A stretch of DNA of 64,000 bases from Thermoplasmata archaeon (GTDB taxonomy: Archaea; Thermoplasmatota; Thermoplasmata; Thermoplasmatales; GCA-001856825): contig JAJYMI010000060.1 of NCBI GenBank assembly GCA_021787125.1, positions 950 through 64,949 on the forward strand, read 5' to 3'. Every line of letters begins with the position of its first letter. Within the stretch, counting starts at the first letter, position 1. Of this stretch, positions 55,732 through 64,000 are shown one piece after another. A program made the position numbers and the translations under genes. The notes below the pieces were generated by a model. That model searched no databases. It was not told the origin of the DNA and worked only from the letters and a program-made list of their open reading frames with translations.

Positions 55732-56558
55732 CTTACCTTCCTAAACGCTTCATCCGGATTTTCGACAAACCTAGACAGCAGCATCTTCATGCTAGTAGGG
55801 GAGTCTATTCTAAATCTTGCTGTCGTTTTTCCCTCTCCCACCTTTATGGTGACCTGTCCATCGAGTTGTCTAAAAGCTTCCTCATCAGTTCTGTCGTCCC
55901 CAGCAAAGAGAATGAAGTCATTTTCATTGATGTACCTCGACATCGCCTTGCCTTTGTCAACTCCCTTCACTCTCAATTCGAATACGTACTTGCCGCTGTA
56001 CATCTCAAACCCTTCTTCTCTCACTTGCGAAATGACACGTTCCAGATCACTCATCTGTCTTGCGCTGACTCCGTAATAGTGAAACTGAAGACCACCCTTC
56101 TTGTCTATTATCCTCAGTCCGGGAAACTCCTTCTCGAGATGGAGGTACTTTGAATAAAGTTCCAGAGTCCTCCGTTGATAGAGTTCAAAATTGTCAATGT
56201 ACCACTTCTTGCCTTCCTCGCCTACAAACTCTGCACCGTGCATCGCTATTGTGTTGAAACCTTCTCCGACAAGCGCAATTATGCTGTCCAGATCCCTTCC
56301 AGTTACCAGGTAGAGTGGAATCTCTCTTTTCAAGTGGCTGAGGAGGTCCAGCAACTCTCGATCGGGAACCGCAGATTCGGGTCGTTCGGTCAGGTCAACC
56401 AGAGTTCCATCATAATCGAGGAACATCTTGGTCAGGCCATTCTTATCGTTGATCGCGTCCATTATTTTTTCAAACATGAGCAGCATTCCGGGATTCGGAT
56501 CGAAACAGTCATTGATGGAAAATTTATCTAATTTTCTGTTGGATATGAATGGAAACAC
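55728..56558 (-). CDS. otsB: Trehalose-6-phosphate phosphatase (HAD superfamily)
   Basis: FLDYDGTL motif I, VTGR motif II, GDDRTDE motif IV. 4-bp overlap with the UDG gene. Confidence 0.8.
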   Translation of the reverse strand: MFPFISNRKLDKFSINDCFDPNPGMLLMFEKIMDAINDKNGLTKMFLDYDGTLVDLTERPESAVPDRELLDLLSHLKREIPLYLVTGRDLDSIIALVGEGFNTIAMHGAEFVGEEGKKWYIDNFELYQRRTLELYSKYLHLEKEFPGLRIIDKKGGLQFHYYGVSARQMSDLERVISQVREEGFEMYSGKYVFELRVKGVDKGKAMSRYINENDFILFAGDDRTDEEAFRQLDGQVTIKVGEGKTTARFRIDSPTSMKMLLSRFVENPDEAFRKVR

Positions 56559-56579
56559 TCAGAATCTAGTAGGTGCGAA

Positions 56580-58142
56580 TCAGTGAAAACTGTCAAACGT
56601 TGTCTGCACGTTCTTCTTTCCATCTCTCAGGATGTTCTTCATCTTCTTTTCCTTCCTTCCAGCAGCGTAGTAGTACGACAAGTCCCTCGTGTTCTCCATC
56701 GTGAGGACGTAGACCTTACCCTTTCCAAACCTTCCAGTTCTTCCTCTCCTCTGAATAGACCTGACCTCACTCGGGACTGGTTCGTAGAAGATCACCGTGT
56801 CTGCAGCCGGCACATCCAGACCCTCCTCGCCCACCTGAGTGGCGACAAGGACCTTTATCAGTCCTTCCCTGAACAGCTGAATGGTGGTGGCCTGTTCTTT
56901 CTGGGTCATTCCCTTCCCCTCCTTTCTTGAGCTCTGACCTATGAATTTTTCGCACAGGAACCCCTCCTTCTTCAGGATGTCAGAGAGTATGTTCGCCGTG
57001 ATCCTGTAGTGACAGAAGACTATCGCCTTTTCATTTTCTCTTTCCTTCAGGATCTCAATAATCTTTGCCATCTTTGGAGTGTGTTCGCTAAGAGGTTGTG
57101 TCGAGAGCTTTTCTGCCTTCTTCTCGATGGAAATCATCCGGGGGTCCGTAACTATCTTCTTGGCCTTGCTGTTCTCCCTCTTCATATCCTGAAGATATTC
57201 ATAGAACGGTAACACTCCCTGGGTCTCCGCAAACTCGAGGAGATAGTCGAGAAGTATTGCGTATGTCCTAAAGCGGGCTGCGGAATAGAAATACTTGTTC
57301 CCGCGCTTGATCTGACTGAAGATATAGTCACCCAGACTGATCAGCTCCTTCCTGGATCGCCCCTGAATTCTCAAAGAAAATGACTGCAGTTTGTTGATCA
57401 TCTCCAAGAGCATATCCTTGATCCCTTCTATTATCTCGGTCGGACCGGGAGGTGTGAGGATCTTCACCTGTTCGGTGTCTATTCCCTTTATGTATGCCAC
57501 GACATCTGGAGAGCTCTCATCCCTGATCTCCAGCTCTTCTATTCTGAGGTTCTTAATGATCTGGTCAATCTTGGAGCGATCGCCTCCGGGAGATGCTGTC
57601 GTTGCAATTACTCTGGAGTCTGCAAAGTAATTGGCCACTTCTACGTAGGAATAATTCCCAATTGCCCTGTGTGCCTCGTCGAATATGACCACCTTCACCT
57701 CATTCTTGAGGTCATAGAAGAGAGATGAGTCGTTGTCAATGACCTGAGGAGTTGAGACTATTACCCTGGCCGAACGGTAGAGTTCCTTTCTCATCGATTT
57801 CTTTATCTCCCCGGTAACTTCCACTATCTCTTCCTGAGGAAGATTCAGAAATTTTCTAATGTTTGCTGCGTGTTGATGCACCAGGGGTCTGGTAGGCGCG
57901 AGAAAAATGCACTTCCCCCCATCCCGAATAAGTACCGAGAGCGCTATGATCGCAATGATGGTCTTGCCCAGTGCAGTGGGTATGACTATCAGAGTATTCT
58001 TGTCAACCGACTTCAGTGCAATGTTGTCCTGATACTCTCTGAACTCGATTAGGTCATCCCTAAGCAGTTCAGAATATTTGGGCACAATGGATAATCTCTG
58101 ATTGGTTTTAACCTTAGTGCAAGTCAGGGATCGCGAATCCAT
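56580..58142 (-). CDS. hef: Hef/ERCC4-related SF2 helicase, helicase domains only
   Basis: TALGKT Walker A, FDEAHRAIGNYSY (DEAH box in Hef-like context), QRRGRTGR motif VI. 520 aa, no nuclease domain. Confidence 0.8.
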   Translation of the reverse strand: MDSRSLTCTKVKTNQRLSIVPKYSELLRDDLIEFREYQDNIALKSVDKNTLIVIPTALGKTIIAIIALSVLIRDGGKCIFLAPTRPLVHQHAANIRKFLNLPQEEIVEVTGEIKKSMRKELYRSARVIVSTPQVIDNDSSLFYDLKNEVKVVIFDEAHRAIGNYSYVEVANYFADSRVIATTASPGGDRSKIDQIIKNLRIEELEIRDESSPDVVAYIKGIDTEQVKILTPPGPTEIIEGIKDMLLEMINKLQSFSLRIQGRSRKELISLGDYIFSQIKRGNKYFYSAARFRTYAILLDYLLEFAETQGVLPFYEYLQDMKRENSKAKKIVTDPRMISIEKKAEKLSTQPLSEHTPKMAKIIEILKERENEKAIVFCHYRITANILSDILKKEGFLCEKFIGQSSRKEGKGMTQKEQATTIQLFREGLIKVLVATQVGEEGLDVPAADTVIFYEPVPSEVRSIQRRGRTGRFGKGKVYVLTMENTRDLSYYYAAGRKEKKMKNILRDGKKNVQTTFDSFH

Positions 58143-58243
58143 TCCTTATGGCACATATCTTTTATTTTTCATCTTCAAAAGCTGGGCTCCAGTGATCGCT
58201 AGACAAGACGCAGTAATCAGGTCTACACATCTAATATCAGCAA

Positions 58244-59539
58244 TTGTATAATTATATCTCAATTTTAAAACCAAGATTTATCTACAGCGATGTAATACAA
58301 CTGTCAGTGTTATTGATCTATAGATACCTAATACTAATCTCGGCCTTTACAACTTTAATCTACTTTCTATACTATGCGTTAAACGCATATTACCTAATGA
58401 AGCACACACCAGAGTACTTCGTTAATGAGAGCTCCGGGGCTAAAGACGTCACGATCCTTGTCCCAGTGTACAACGAAAGAGTGGACGTTTTCGAGAGGGT
58501 TATTCAAGGGATCAAGAACCAGGGCACCAGATTTGTCGTCGTGGGAGATTCAAGCAACGAGCCCTACAGGTCAATCGTCGAACGAAACGGAGGAACCTTC
58601 GTTTACTTGAGTGAAAGAGGGGGAAAGAGAATAGCAATCTCCGAGGGAATGAAATACGTAGACACAAAATTCGTACTATTCGTTGACAGCGACACATCGA
58701 TACCCGTCGCAACTGTCAACGAGATGTTGACTCACTTCAAGGATAATGTAGGCGGAGTCGGTGCTAACGTCTCGATAAGAAGAACGGATAGCGGTGCGTC
58801 TTACAGTGCTGAATTCCTGGAGAGAACCAGAGAGGTCATCCTGAAAGCGATGACGGTCAGAGGTGGAAGTGTGATGGTGATAGACGGCAAGTGTGCTATG
58901 TACAGGACATCCATCGTTAAGCCTCTCCTCACATCTGATAAGTTCAGATATCACAAGGTTGCAGGTAAGATAGCCACCATGGGCGATGACCAGCAACTTA
59001 CAGCGTACTTAATAAAGAAGGGCTACAAGGCAACCAAGTGCTTTGAAGTAGTCGTTGAAACAGAACCACCCGAGAACTTCAAGCAGTTCGCAAAACAGAG
59101 CATTAGATGGGCCAGAAGTTCTTACTATTATTTTCTAAAGAACTTGACGGATGGTACCGCAATTAAAGCGGGCGGTTTCTATGCCTTTGAAGCCATCAGT
59201 ACTTTTGCCCTCCCGATACTCACTCTAGGATTAGGTGCTTTCAGGCTCTATATTAGTCTCGACCTCCTGGGGACGTTTGCTGGGAATAGCTTCGACACGG
59301 TATTGGATCTCGTGATGCATCCGGCAATCCTCCTTACCGACAGAGCAATAATCCATCCAATGCTCGACCTTCTGAGTCTACCAGGACCGCTGATCTTTGG
59401 ATCTGCAGTTGTGATGAATGTCAGGAGGGAGAGAGTTAGAACGCTTGCCTACGGCGGACTGGCTCTAATCATAATATTCTTCACCTCTATCTATGGCTTT
59501 TTGACGTGCTGGAAGCAGTCAAAGTGGATGACGAGATAG
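58244..59539 (+). CDS. Family 2 glycosyltransferase, processive synthase-like (hyaluronan/chitin/NodC-like motifs)
   Basis: VTILVPVYNE, DSD, GDDQQLT and QSIRW motifs. N- and C-terminal TM segments. TTG start is uncertain. Confidence 0.8.
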   Translation: MYNYISILKPRFIYSDVIQLSVLLIYRYLILISAFTTLIYFLYYALNAYYLMKHTPEYFVNESSGAKDVTILVPVYNERVDVFERVIQGIKNQGTRFVVVGDSSNEPYRSIVERNGGTFVYLSERGGKRIAISEGMKYVDTKFVLFVDSDTSIPVATVNEMLTHFKDNVGGVGANVSIRRTDSGASYSAEFLERTREVILKAMTVRGGSVMVIDGKCAMYRTSIVKPLLTSDKFRYHKVAGKIATMGDDQQLTAYLIKKGYKATKCFEVVVETEPPENFKQFAKQSIRWARSSYYYFLKNLTDGTAIKAGGFYAFEAISTFALPILTLGLGAFRLYISLDLLGTFAGNSFDTVLDLVMHPAILLTDRAIIHPMLDLLSLPGPLIFGSAVVMNVRRERVRTLAYGGLALIIIFFTSIYGFLTCWKQSKWMTR

Positions 59540-59619
59540 GTTACCATTGCTGGAAGGTAAGTCCGAATTTTCCGACAGAATAATTAATGGAAGAGAATTT
59601 AAAACTTGAACTCCTCAAT

Positions 59620-61250
59620 TATTTAGGCACATAGTTTGTCATCTGTTTCAATTTGTTTGGTATTTTCCTTATATTTCTAATGTAAATCCTTACATTCCAT
59701 ATGTGCCTACTTAACTGCATGAAGAGTTTCGATAGGACTAAGTTTATCCACGGGAAACCCTATCTCTACCGTATCACACCCTACTATGACATGGAGAGGA
59801 AGAGGATATGCCAGAAATCCGAGTACATAGGACCGGTGAAGGGTGGAAAGGTCGCGCAAAGAACAGCAGTGACCTACAGCTATGGTGACCTCCTATCTGT
59901 AATGAAGGCTGTCAGGGATCTGAAGCTTGCAGGACATACTCAGCAAGATATTGGGTGAAGAAGCAACCACAGTACTGATCCTGGCCATGAATCGAGAGAT
60001 CAGGCCGGAGGAATGGTATGATGACTCATACATAAGCACGATATACCCGGCGAGTTTGTCATCGTCAACGCTGTCGAGGGTAATGAAGGCGGTGGGATCT
60101 ATGGATGCTAACCACTCCTACCTGAATGAAATACTCAAGGTTACGGGCAAGTCCAGAGCTACGTCCTACGATTCACGTCCTACTCATAACAGTCACGTAA
60201 CGTGGAGTTCCTCGAGTACGGATACCCTAGGTCGGAGTACGATCTCCCACAGGTGAACGTGTCTCTGGTTGAATCGTCAAAATCAGGTATACCATATTCT
60301 ACGACATCTATCCGGGTTCTGTTGTGTACGTGACCACTGTCCATAACACAGTGGATATACTGAAATGGGTTGGTGTGAAGGACGTGACTCTCTTCATAGA
60401 CAGGGGCATGTTCTCCTCCCCCAACATAGAATATATGTTAGACAGCGGCGTTGGTTTCATCGTGCCCACGTCCTATTCAGTAAAGGAGGTCAAGAGGATA
60501 GCTCTTCTGTCCACGAGGAGTATAGAGAAGGGAGGGAATTTGATACGCATGTCCTGCGATATCATATTTGCCCAGAGACGGGAGATAAGGATAGGGAAGT
60601 CCATGGTCAATGCATGGGTATACTACTCTCCCGAGAGGGACAGGATGGAGCGGGTATCGTTCTACTCCGCACTCCACGACAGGATGGACCAGTTCTCACG
60701 GAGGAAGGTGAGGAGATGGGAGAAGCCTCGTGAGATAGCAGGAGAGATCACAGGACCGTACCTGTCATTCATCTCATGGAGGTAAGACGGTTCCTTTCAT
60801 GTTAGGGTGAGGGACAACGCAGTGTCGCAGAGGGTGAACCGTTGAGGAATCACAATCATAACGTCCACGGGCGATCACGACTCACATTACGTGTCGTCTG
60901 AGTACAAAAAGAGGGATTCAGTGGAGAAACTGTTCCTCTCGTCAAAATCGTTCGCGGGCGGCGAACCGCTGAGGAACCACGGAATGGAAACACTCAGGGG
61001 AGAGATGTTCGTGAACCTCATTACGCTCGCCATAAGATCGAGAATGCTCCATGACATGAGGACATCCGGTCTCCTGAAGAGTTACTCTGTGGAGAAGATG
61101 CTCCTAGAGCTTCACAAGTTGAGGAAGGCAAAACTGCAGGACAGGAACGAGATAACCACGGAGATCACTGGGAAACAGAAGGACATCCTTGAATCATTCT
61201 CAATAAAGCCGGAACACGTGCCTACATTTCTAACGAGTTAAGGTGGTAAT
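59620..61250 (+). mobile_element. Decayed IS element (IS4 superfamily, IS1634-like); boundaries approximate
   Basis: Contains a four-piece transposase reading frame. Candidate ends share a GTGCCTA core (inverted at 59624-59634, direct at 61218-61225). Confidence 0.55.
59701..61241 (+). pseudogene. DDE transposase pseudogene broken into at least 4 frames
   Basis: ORF pieces are 59701-59958, 59927-60256, 60324-60785 and 60891-61241. Motifs: N-terminal GKPYLYRI...KSEYIGP, SYDS (D1), FYDIYPGSVV..V in a third frame, FIDRGMFS (D2), YKKRDSVEKLF...K (E/K). Confidence 0.65.
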
Positions 61251-61272
61251 CCTCAAGATTCCATTTGGATCC

Positions 61273-62142
61273 CTACTGATACCTCTTAATTGCCTTTCTT
61301 CTTCTGACGACCAATACTGAGACGGAGACACCTGCCACAACTATCAGTGCAATCAGAGCTGTTAGCAACGTAGAGGTGGCCGTCCAAAATATGTTTTCAA
61401 CCTGAATATTGGTAGAACGAAGTCCCATAGAATAGTTTAGAAATTCTGTGATTCTTTCATTATCTGGTGAGCGAATTGATTCAATACTAGTATACCCCAA
61501 CACTAGACCACTACTTGCTGAAAGATAGACAGTCTCGTATAGTGCTTCCCTATAACCGGAAGAGTTTGTAGCAGTCAGTCTCACATAGCCTTTGATAGTT
61601 TTCATTTCTGTTCCATTATAATCGTACAGGGTCTGAGATATCTTTATTGGAATATTGAGCGGTCCGCCGGCGAAAAACAAGACTGTGGTGTTCGAAATCA
61701 GGTCTCTCAGGATGGAAGAGTTGACGGCTGGCATTGTGCCGAGATAAGGTTCTAACTGATTATATGAAGTATTTTGCATTACAATGAAACTAGAGTTTTC
61801 CGGCATTGTGGTTTTTAAAACCAAAATACTGTAAGGAGGGATTATCGAAGGGTACTGAACGAAGTAGCAAGAATAATTTCCATTTTCCAGTGAGGAAATT
61901 TTTGACATCTCATATCCAGTTATATTGTTCCATTTACTAAAATTAGAAGATTTATCAAGCGAGTAAGCGGAATAGTTGTAAGTGTAATTTGCATACGCAC
62001 CTTTAAACTCCCACGTCGGAAGACCTGAAGATCCATAAGATGGAATGGCAAAGAATGATGTGAATATGAGGTAGATTACTACCGCTATTAAAACGTCCTT
62101 CTTGCTCTTTTTGGTTATATGAATATTCCTAATCTTCATCAT
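61273..62142 (-). CDS. Sequon-rich surface protein with signal/TM and C-terminal TM anchor
   Basis: 289 aa. N-terminal hydrophobic segment, at least 12 N-x-S/T sequons by hand count, C-terminal TM followed by RRRKAIKRYQ. Confidence 0.55.
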   Translation of the reverse strand: MMKIRNIHITKKSKKDVLIAVVIYLIFTSFFAIPSYGSSGLPTWEFKGAYANYTYNYSAYSLDKSSNFSKWNNITGYEMSKISSLENGNYSCYFVQYPSIIPPYSILVLKTTMPENSSFIVMQNTSYNQLEPYLGTMPAVNSSILRDLISNTTVLFFAGGPLNIPIKISQTLYDYNGTEMKTIKGYVRLTATNSSGYREALYETVYLSASSGLVLGYTSIESIRSPDNERITEFLNYSMGLRSTNIQVENIFWTATSTLLTALIALIVVAGVSVSVLVVRRRKAIKRYQ

Positions 62143-62258
62143 AGCTTTCCTCCTTTAGATCAGTGAGTAGAATGAGCTGCATTCCCCTCACTCACATGGT
62201 AATCGTACTCATGGCGCATCAATTCCCCGATCAACTATTTCTCCCCAAATCCTTTATC

Positions 62259-63311
62259 TCACAGGTCGTTCGAAGGAACTTCGATATCTGCTTTAAGAGG
62301 TGGAGGGCCTTCTAAACCATTGTAGCCATACAGGAAACTGTCGTTTTCCCAGATATTTCTGCCCAGCGGGTTGTTATTATTTTCGAACGCATTCCACGTG
62401 AAAAATAGCCATTCCAGTGCCTGCCCACCTACGGCAACTGTATAATTGGCTTCAGTAACAACAAAGCTCAGTCCGTAAGGTACGACTCCTAGATTGATGA
62501 AAATTTGGGCCTCACCCAAGCCGTACTCCTCGCCAAAAGAGTTGGTATAATAGGCAGATGCTTCTCCAGTGTTATTGAGCCACGCTTCTATAAATGAAGC
62601 CGAAGTCCCGGCTGAATTTTCCGACCAATATATAGTCACATTTTCCCATTCTTGTATTTCCTGATTGCCTTGGAACACTTCAGAGGAGTGATTGTAAGCA
62701 AACCAGATGTCGTAAGTCCCGGTTGGAGGCGGAGGGAGTGCATCCGTATAGGTTTGGTAGTATATCCTCGCTAGGGCAAACGTTAGATAACCAGCAATGC
62801 GCATAGCGGAATTTGATTCATTTGTAGCAGAAATGCCGTACATACCAGTCGTCTGACCTATGTAGTTTGTAATGCTGTAATGGTATCCATTAGTAGAGTT
62901 TAAGAGTAGGGTAGTCACATTCGGTGTAGAGAATTGATCTTGAAAGTAGACCAACTCATATTGGAAGCTGCTGGTCTTCCCGTAGAGATTTGAAACAATT
63001 ATTGAATCGCCGTTAGAAGAATCATATATATCGACGGTACCTCTCGCTGAAATTACAGTGACATTGTTGGATATTTGAAATATCCCTGGATTATTTTCGA
63101 GATACTCTATGGAATTGATAAGTATTACGGGAGGAGACACTATGTAAATGTTGTTTTCTGGATTCGAACTTGTTTCTGGTCTTTGAATCCCACTCATTTC
63201 ACGTCCAGAGTGGCCTATGCTCACCAAAGGGGCAGCTGTGGCACCTGAAAATACTGTAAAAACCATCATTAGTCCAGCAACTATTGAGAATGCAGCTAAA
63301 ATCCTTTTCAT
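62259..63311 (-). CDS. Secreted sequon-rich protein, unknown function
   Basis: 350 aa. N-terminal signal-like segment (ILAAFSIVAGLMMVFTVFSGATA) and many N-x-S/T sequons. Confidence 0.55.
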   Translation of the reverse strand: MKRILAAFSIVAGLMMVFTVFSGATAAPLVSIGHSGREMSGIQRPETSSNPENNIYIVSPPVILINSIEYLENNPGIFQISNNVTVISARGTVDIYDSSNGDSIIVSNLYGKTSSFQYELVYFQDQFSTPNVTTLLLNSTNGYHYSITNYIGQTTGMYGISATNESNSAMRIAGYLTFALARIYYQTYTDALPPPPTGTYDIWFAYNHSSEVFQGNQEIQEWENVTIYWSENSAGTSASFIEAWLNNTGEASAYYTNSFGEEYGLGEAQIFINLGVVPYGLSFVVTEANYTVAVGGQALEWLFFTWNAFENNNNPLGRNIWENDSFLYGYNGLEGPPPLKADIEVPSNDL

Positions 63312-63534
63312 TGTGCATTACCTCGGCTAATTATTTTGTAGTGACTAATAACCTTAACTCTTCCGTCAGTCTCCCCGATTTGAGCTAAGCACATAGCCTA
63401 CCTATGCTAGGGAATTCTTGAGAATGGGGAGATCAGTGAGCTCGCCGTTGATAGACCCAAGACATTCTACAAACGGGCTGACCTCCTCTTCTCTTCGCTG
63501 TCCACAAAACTTACTCAGCTCGGAGATACTATCT

Positions 63535-63572
63535 GAACGTGTGCCTAACTTTCTGAAGAACTAAGGTTAAAA
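63535..63572 (+). repeat. Relic of a second copy of the IS transposase 3' end
   Basis: 27 of 38 positions are identical to 61212-61249 in an ungapped hand alignment, with the TAA at the same offset. It translates to ...SERVPNFLKN*, against ...PEHVPTFLTS*. Confidence 0.4.
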
Positions 63573-63577
63573 AGTCG

Positions 63578-64000
63578 TCAGAAAGTTGCTGACCTAGCTC
63601 CTACCTGATCAAATGAGATTCGCGTAACAAACTCGGAATGCTCCATCATCTTCTTCTGCAATCCCCATATCTCCTTCGGATCGCTCAGTATCAAAATGAA
63701 ACCGGCCGAACCTCCCCCCATGAGTCTGGCCGCACCCGCACCGTTTTCCTTTGCTAAGTTTATGAGTCCATCAACCGTGGAATTGGTTATGTTCTTGCCG
63801 AGGCCTTTCTTGAGTTTCCACCCGAAATCTATCAGCTTGACAAATCTCTCAAAGTCGTTCTCCCTGATGGAATCTCTGGCTTCCTCCGTGTTCTTCTTTA
63901 TTTCAAGCAAGTTGGCGATCAGACCTTCAGAGCCCTCTTTGAGTTTGCTAACTTCTTCCTGCAGTTCATCGGTGCTGTTGTGGGTAGAGCCAGTATATGC
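63578..64000 (-). CDS. GHMP-family sugar kinase, C-terminal part (5' end outside window)
   Basis: GHMP C-terminal motif (GAGAARLMGGGSAGFILIL). The frame stays open to base 64000. Confidence 0.7.
   Translation of the reverse strand, partial: AYTGSTHNSTDELQEEVSKLKEGSEGLIANLLEIKKNTEEARDSIRENDFERFVKLIDFGWKLKKGLGKNITNSTVDGLINLAKENGAGAARLMGGGSAGFILILSDPKEIWGLQKKMMEHSEFVTRISFDQVGARSATF

Noticed and set aside
59624-63550. Four occurrences of GTGCCTA considered as IS terminal repeats
   Set aside because: A 7-mer is expected several times by chance in 64 kb on two strands. Only the 61212/63535 pair has extended similarity, so the other two are not claimed as IS ends.
1-64000. CRISPR arrays, rRNA genes, prophage or integrase genes, toxin-antitoxin pairs, inteins
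   Set aside because: Scanning by eye, I saw no regularly spaced direct repeats, no rRNA-like segments, no integrase/recombinase or capsid-like ORFs, no small paired toxin-antitoxin-like genes, and no host proteins with intein-sized insertions bearing intein motifs. A computational repeat search would be needed to be definitive.

Overview
Densely coding window from an archaeal chromosome, with genes on both strands. Gene content looks euryarchaeal and Thermoplasmata-like: split transketolase, phosphopantothenate synthetase, RibL, MptA, digeranylgeranyl reductase, Hef, a RecJ-like gene fused to the S15 gene, GH15, and a C/D box sRNA. GC is moderate by eye. I support about 60 CDS, one tRNA-Arg(CCT), one unannotated canonical C/D box sRNA, one decayed IS element plus a second IS-end relic, and several oligo-T terminators and palindromic candidate operators.

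Most of the content is housekeeping:
- carAB
- a DsrE/TusA/SQR-like sulfur trio
- cobalamin adenosyltransferase
- an hsp20-regulator operon
- GH15
- a PadR-ABC exporter operon
- two cation/proton antiporters
- mdh, citrate synthase and malic enzyme
- a tkt-tal operon
- Lhr
- a five-gene Opp/Dpp-type transporter with a giant binding protein
- an AsnA-like/AsnC pair
- the S15-RecJ-PPS cluster
- TauE/DUF1634
- M61 peptidase, UDG, otsB and Hef

The best candidate for an uncharacterised system is a translationally coupled three-gene module at 50.5-53.3 kb. It encodes an unknown helical protein, an SPFH protein with three zinc ribbons, and a double zinc-ribbon protein, and it ends in a strong hairpin terminator. 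The 3' end of the window (58.2-63.6 kb) looks like a lower-GC cell-surface island. It holds a HAS/chitin-synthase-like GT2, a frameshifted IS1634/IS4-like transposase, two sequon-rich surface proteins and an IS-end relic. All family assignments come from motif recognition by eye; no searches were run.
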